From Trichoplax adhaerens (lineage: Eukaryota > Animalia > Placozoa), in contig NW_002060943.1 in the NCBI RefSeq assembly GCF_000150275.1, positions 10,510,209 to 10,574,208 of the forward strand: 64,000 bases of DNA. Reading direction: 5' to 3'. A model generated the notes under the pieces. That model was not told the DNA's origin. It saw only the letters and a program-made list of their open reading frames with translations, and searched no databases. Made by a program: the position numbers and the translations under genes. Below, piece by piece: positions 63,907 to 64,000 of the stretch. Within the stretch, counting starts at the first letter, position 1. The number at the start of each line of letters is the position of its first letter.

Positions 63907-64000
63907 GGATGAAGGAATTTGACAAATCTCTAATGAAACTGATAATAATTAATTGTATATGTGGCTTTTTGAATCAGTTGTATGTTCTGTACTCTATTAA

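Overview
AT-rich, intron-dense animal genomic DNA with mostly 60-300 nt introns. The compact architecture and abundant (ACAGT)n repeats suggest the placozoan Trichoplax (inference, not proven). Eleven protein-coding genes can be assembled by hand from splice sites: VPS4 (+, 5'-truncated), V-ATPase subunit d (-), KDSR (-), a tandem same-strand Snail + Scratch pair (+), an opsin-like rhodopsin-class GPCR lacking the retinal lysine (+), MCM4 (+), GPI (-), GGCT (+), TSNAXIP1 (-) and MROH1 (+). Main non-coding signals: (1) (ACAGT/ACTGT)n tracts upstream of every housekeeping-type gene start but not Scratch or the GPCR. (2) An 861-bp internally deleted hAT transposon carrying a transposase pseudogene. 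(3) A pristine 69-bp hAT micro-MITE in the MCM4 promoter. (4) A family of 23-45-bp CATGGACTACTA-ended relics, two with 7-bp target duplications, resembling P-element excision footprints. (5) Two candidate U12-type introns (MCM4, MROH1). (6) Promoter motifs fitting the expected regulons (E2F-MCM4, X-box-TSNAXIP1, M-box-V-ATPase, HRE-GPI). All assignments come from manual reading and remembered family motifs; no searches were run.
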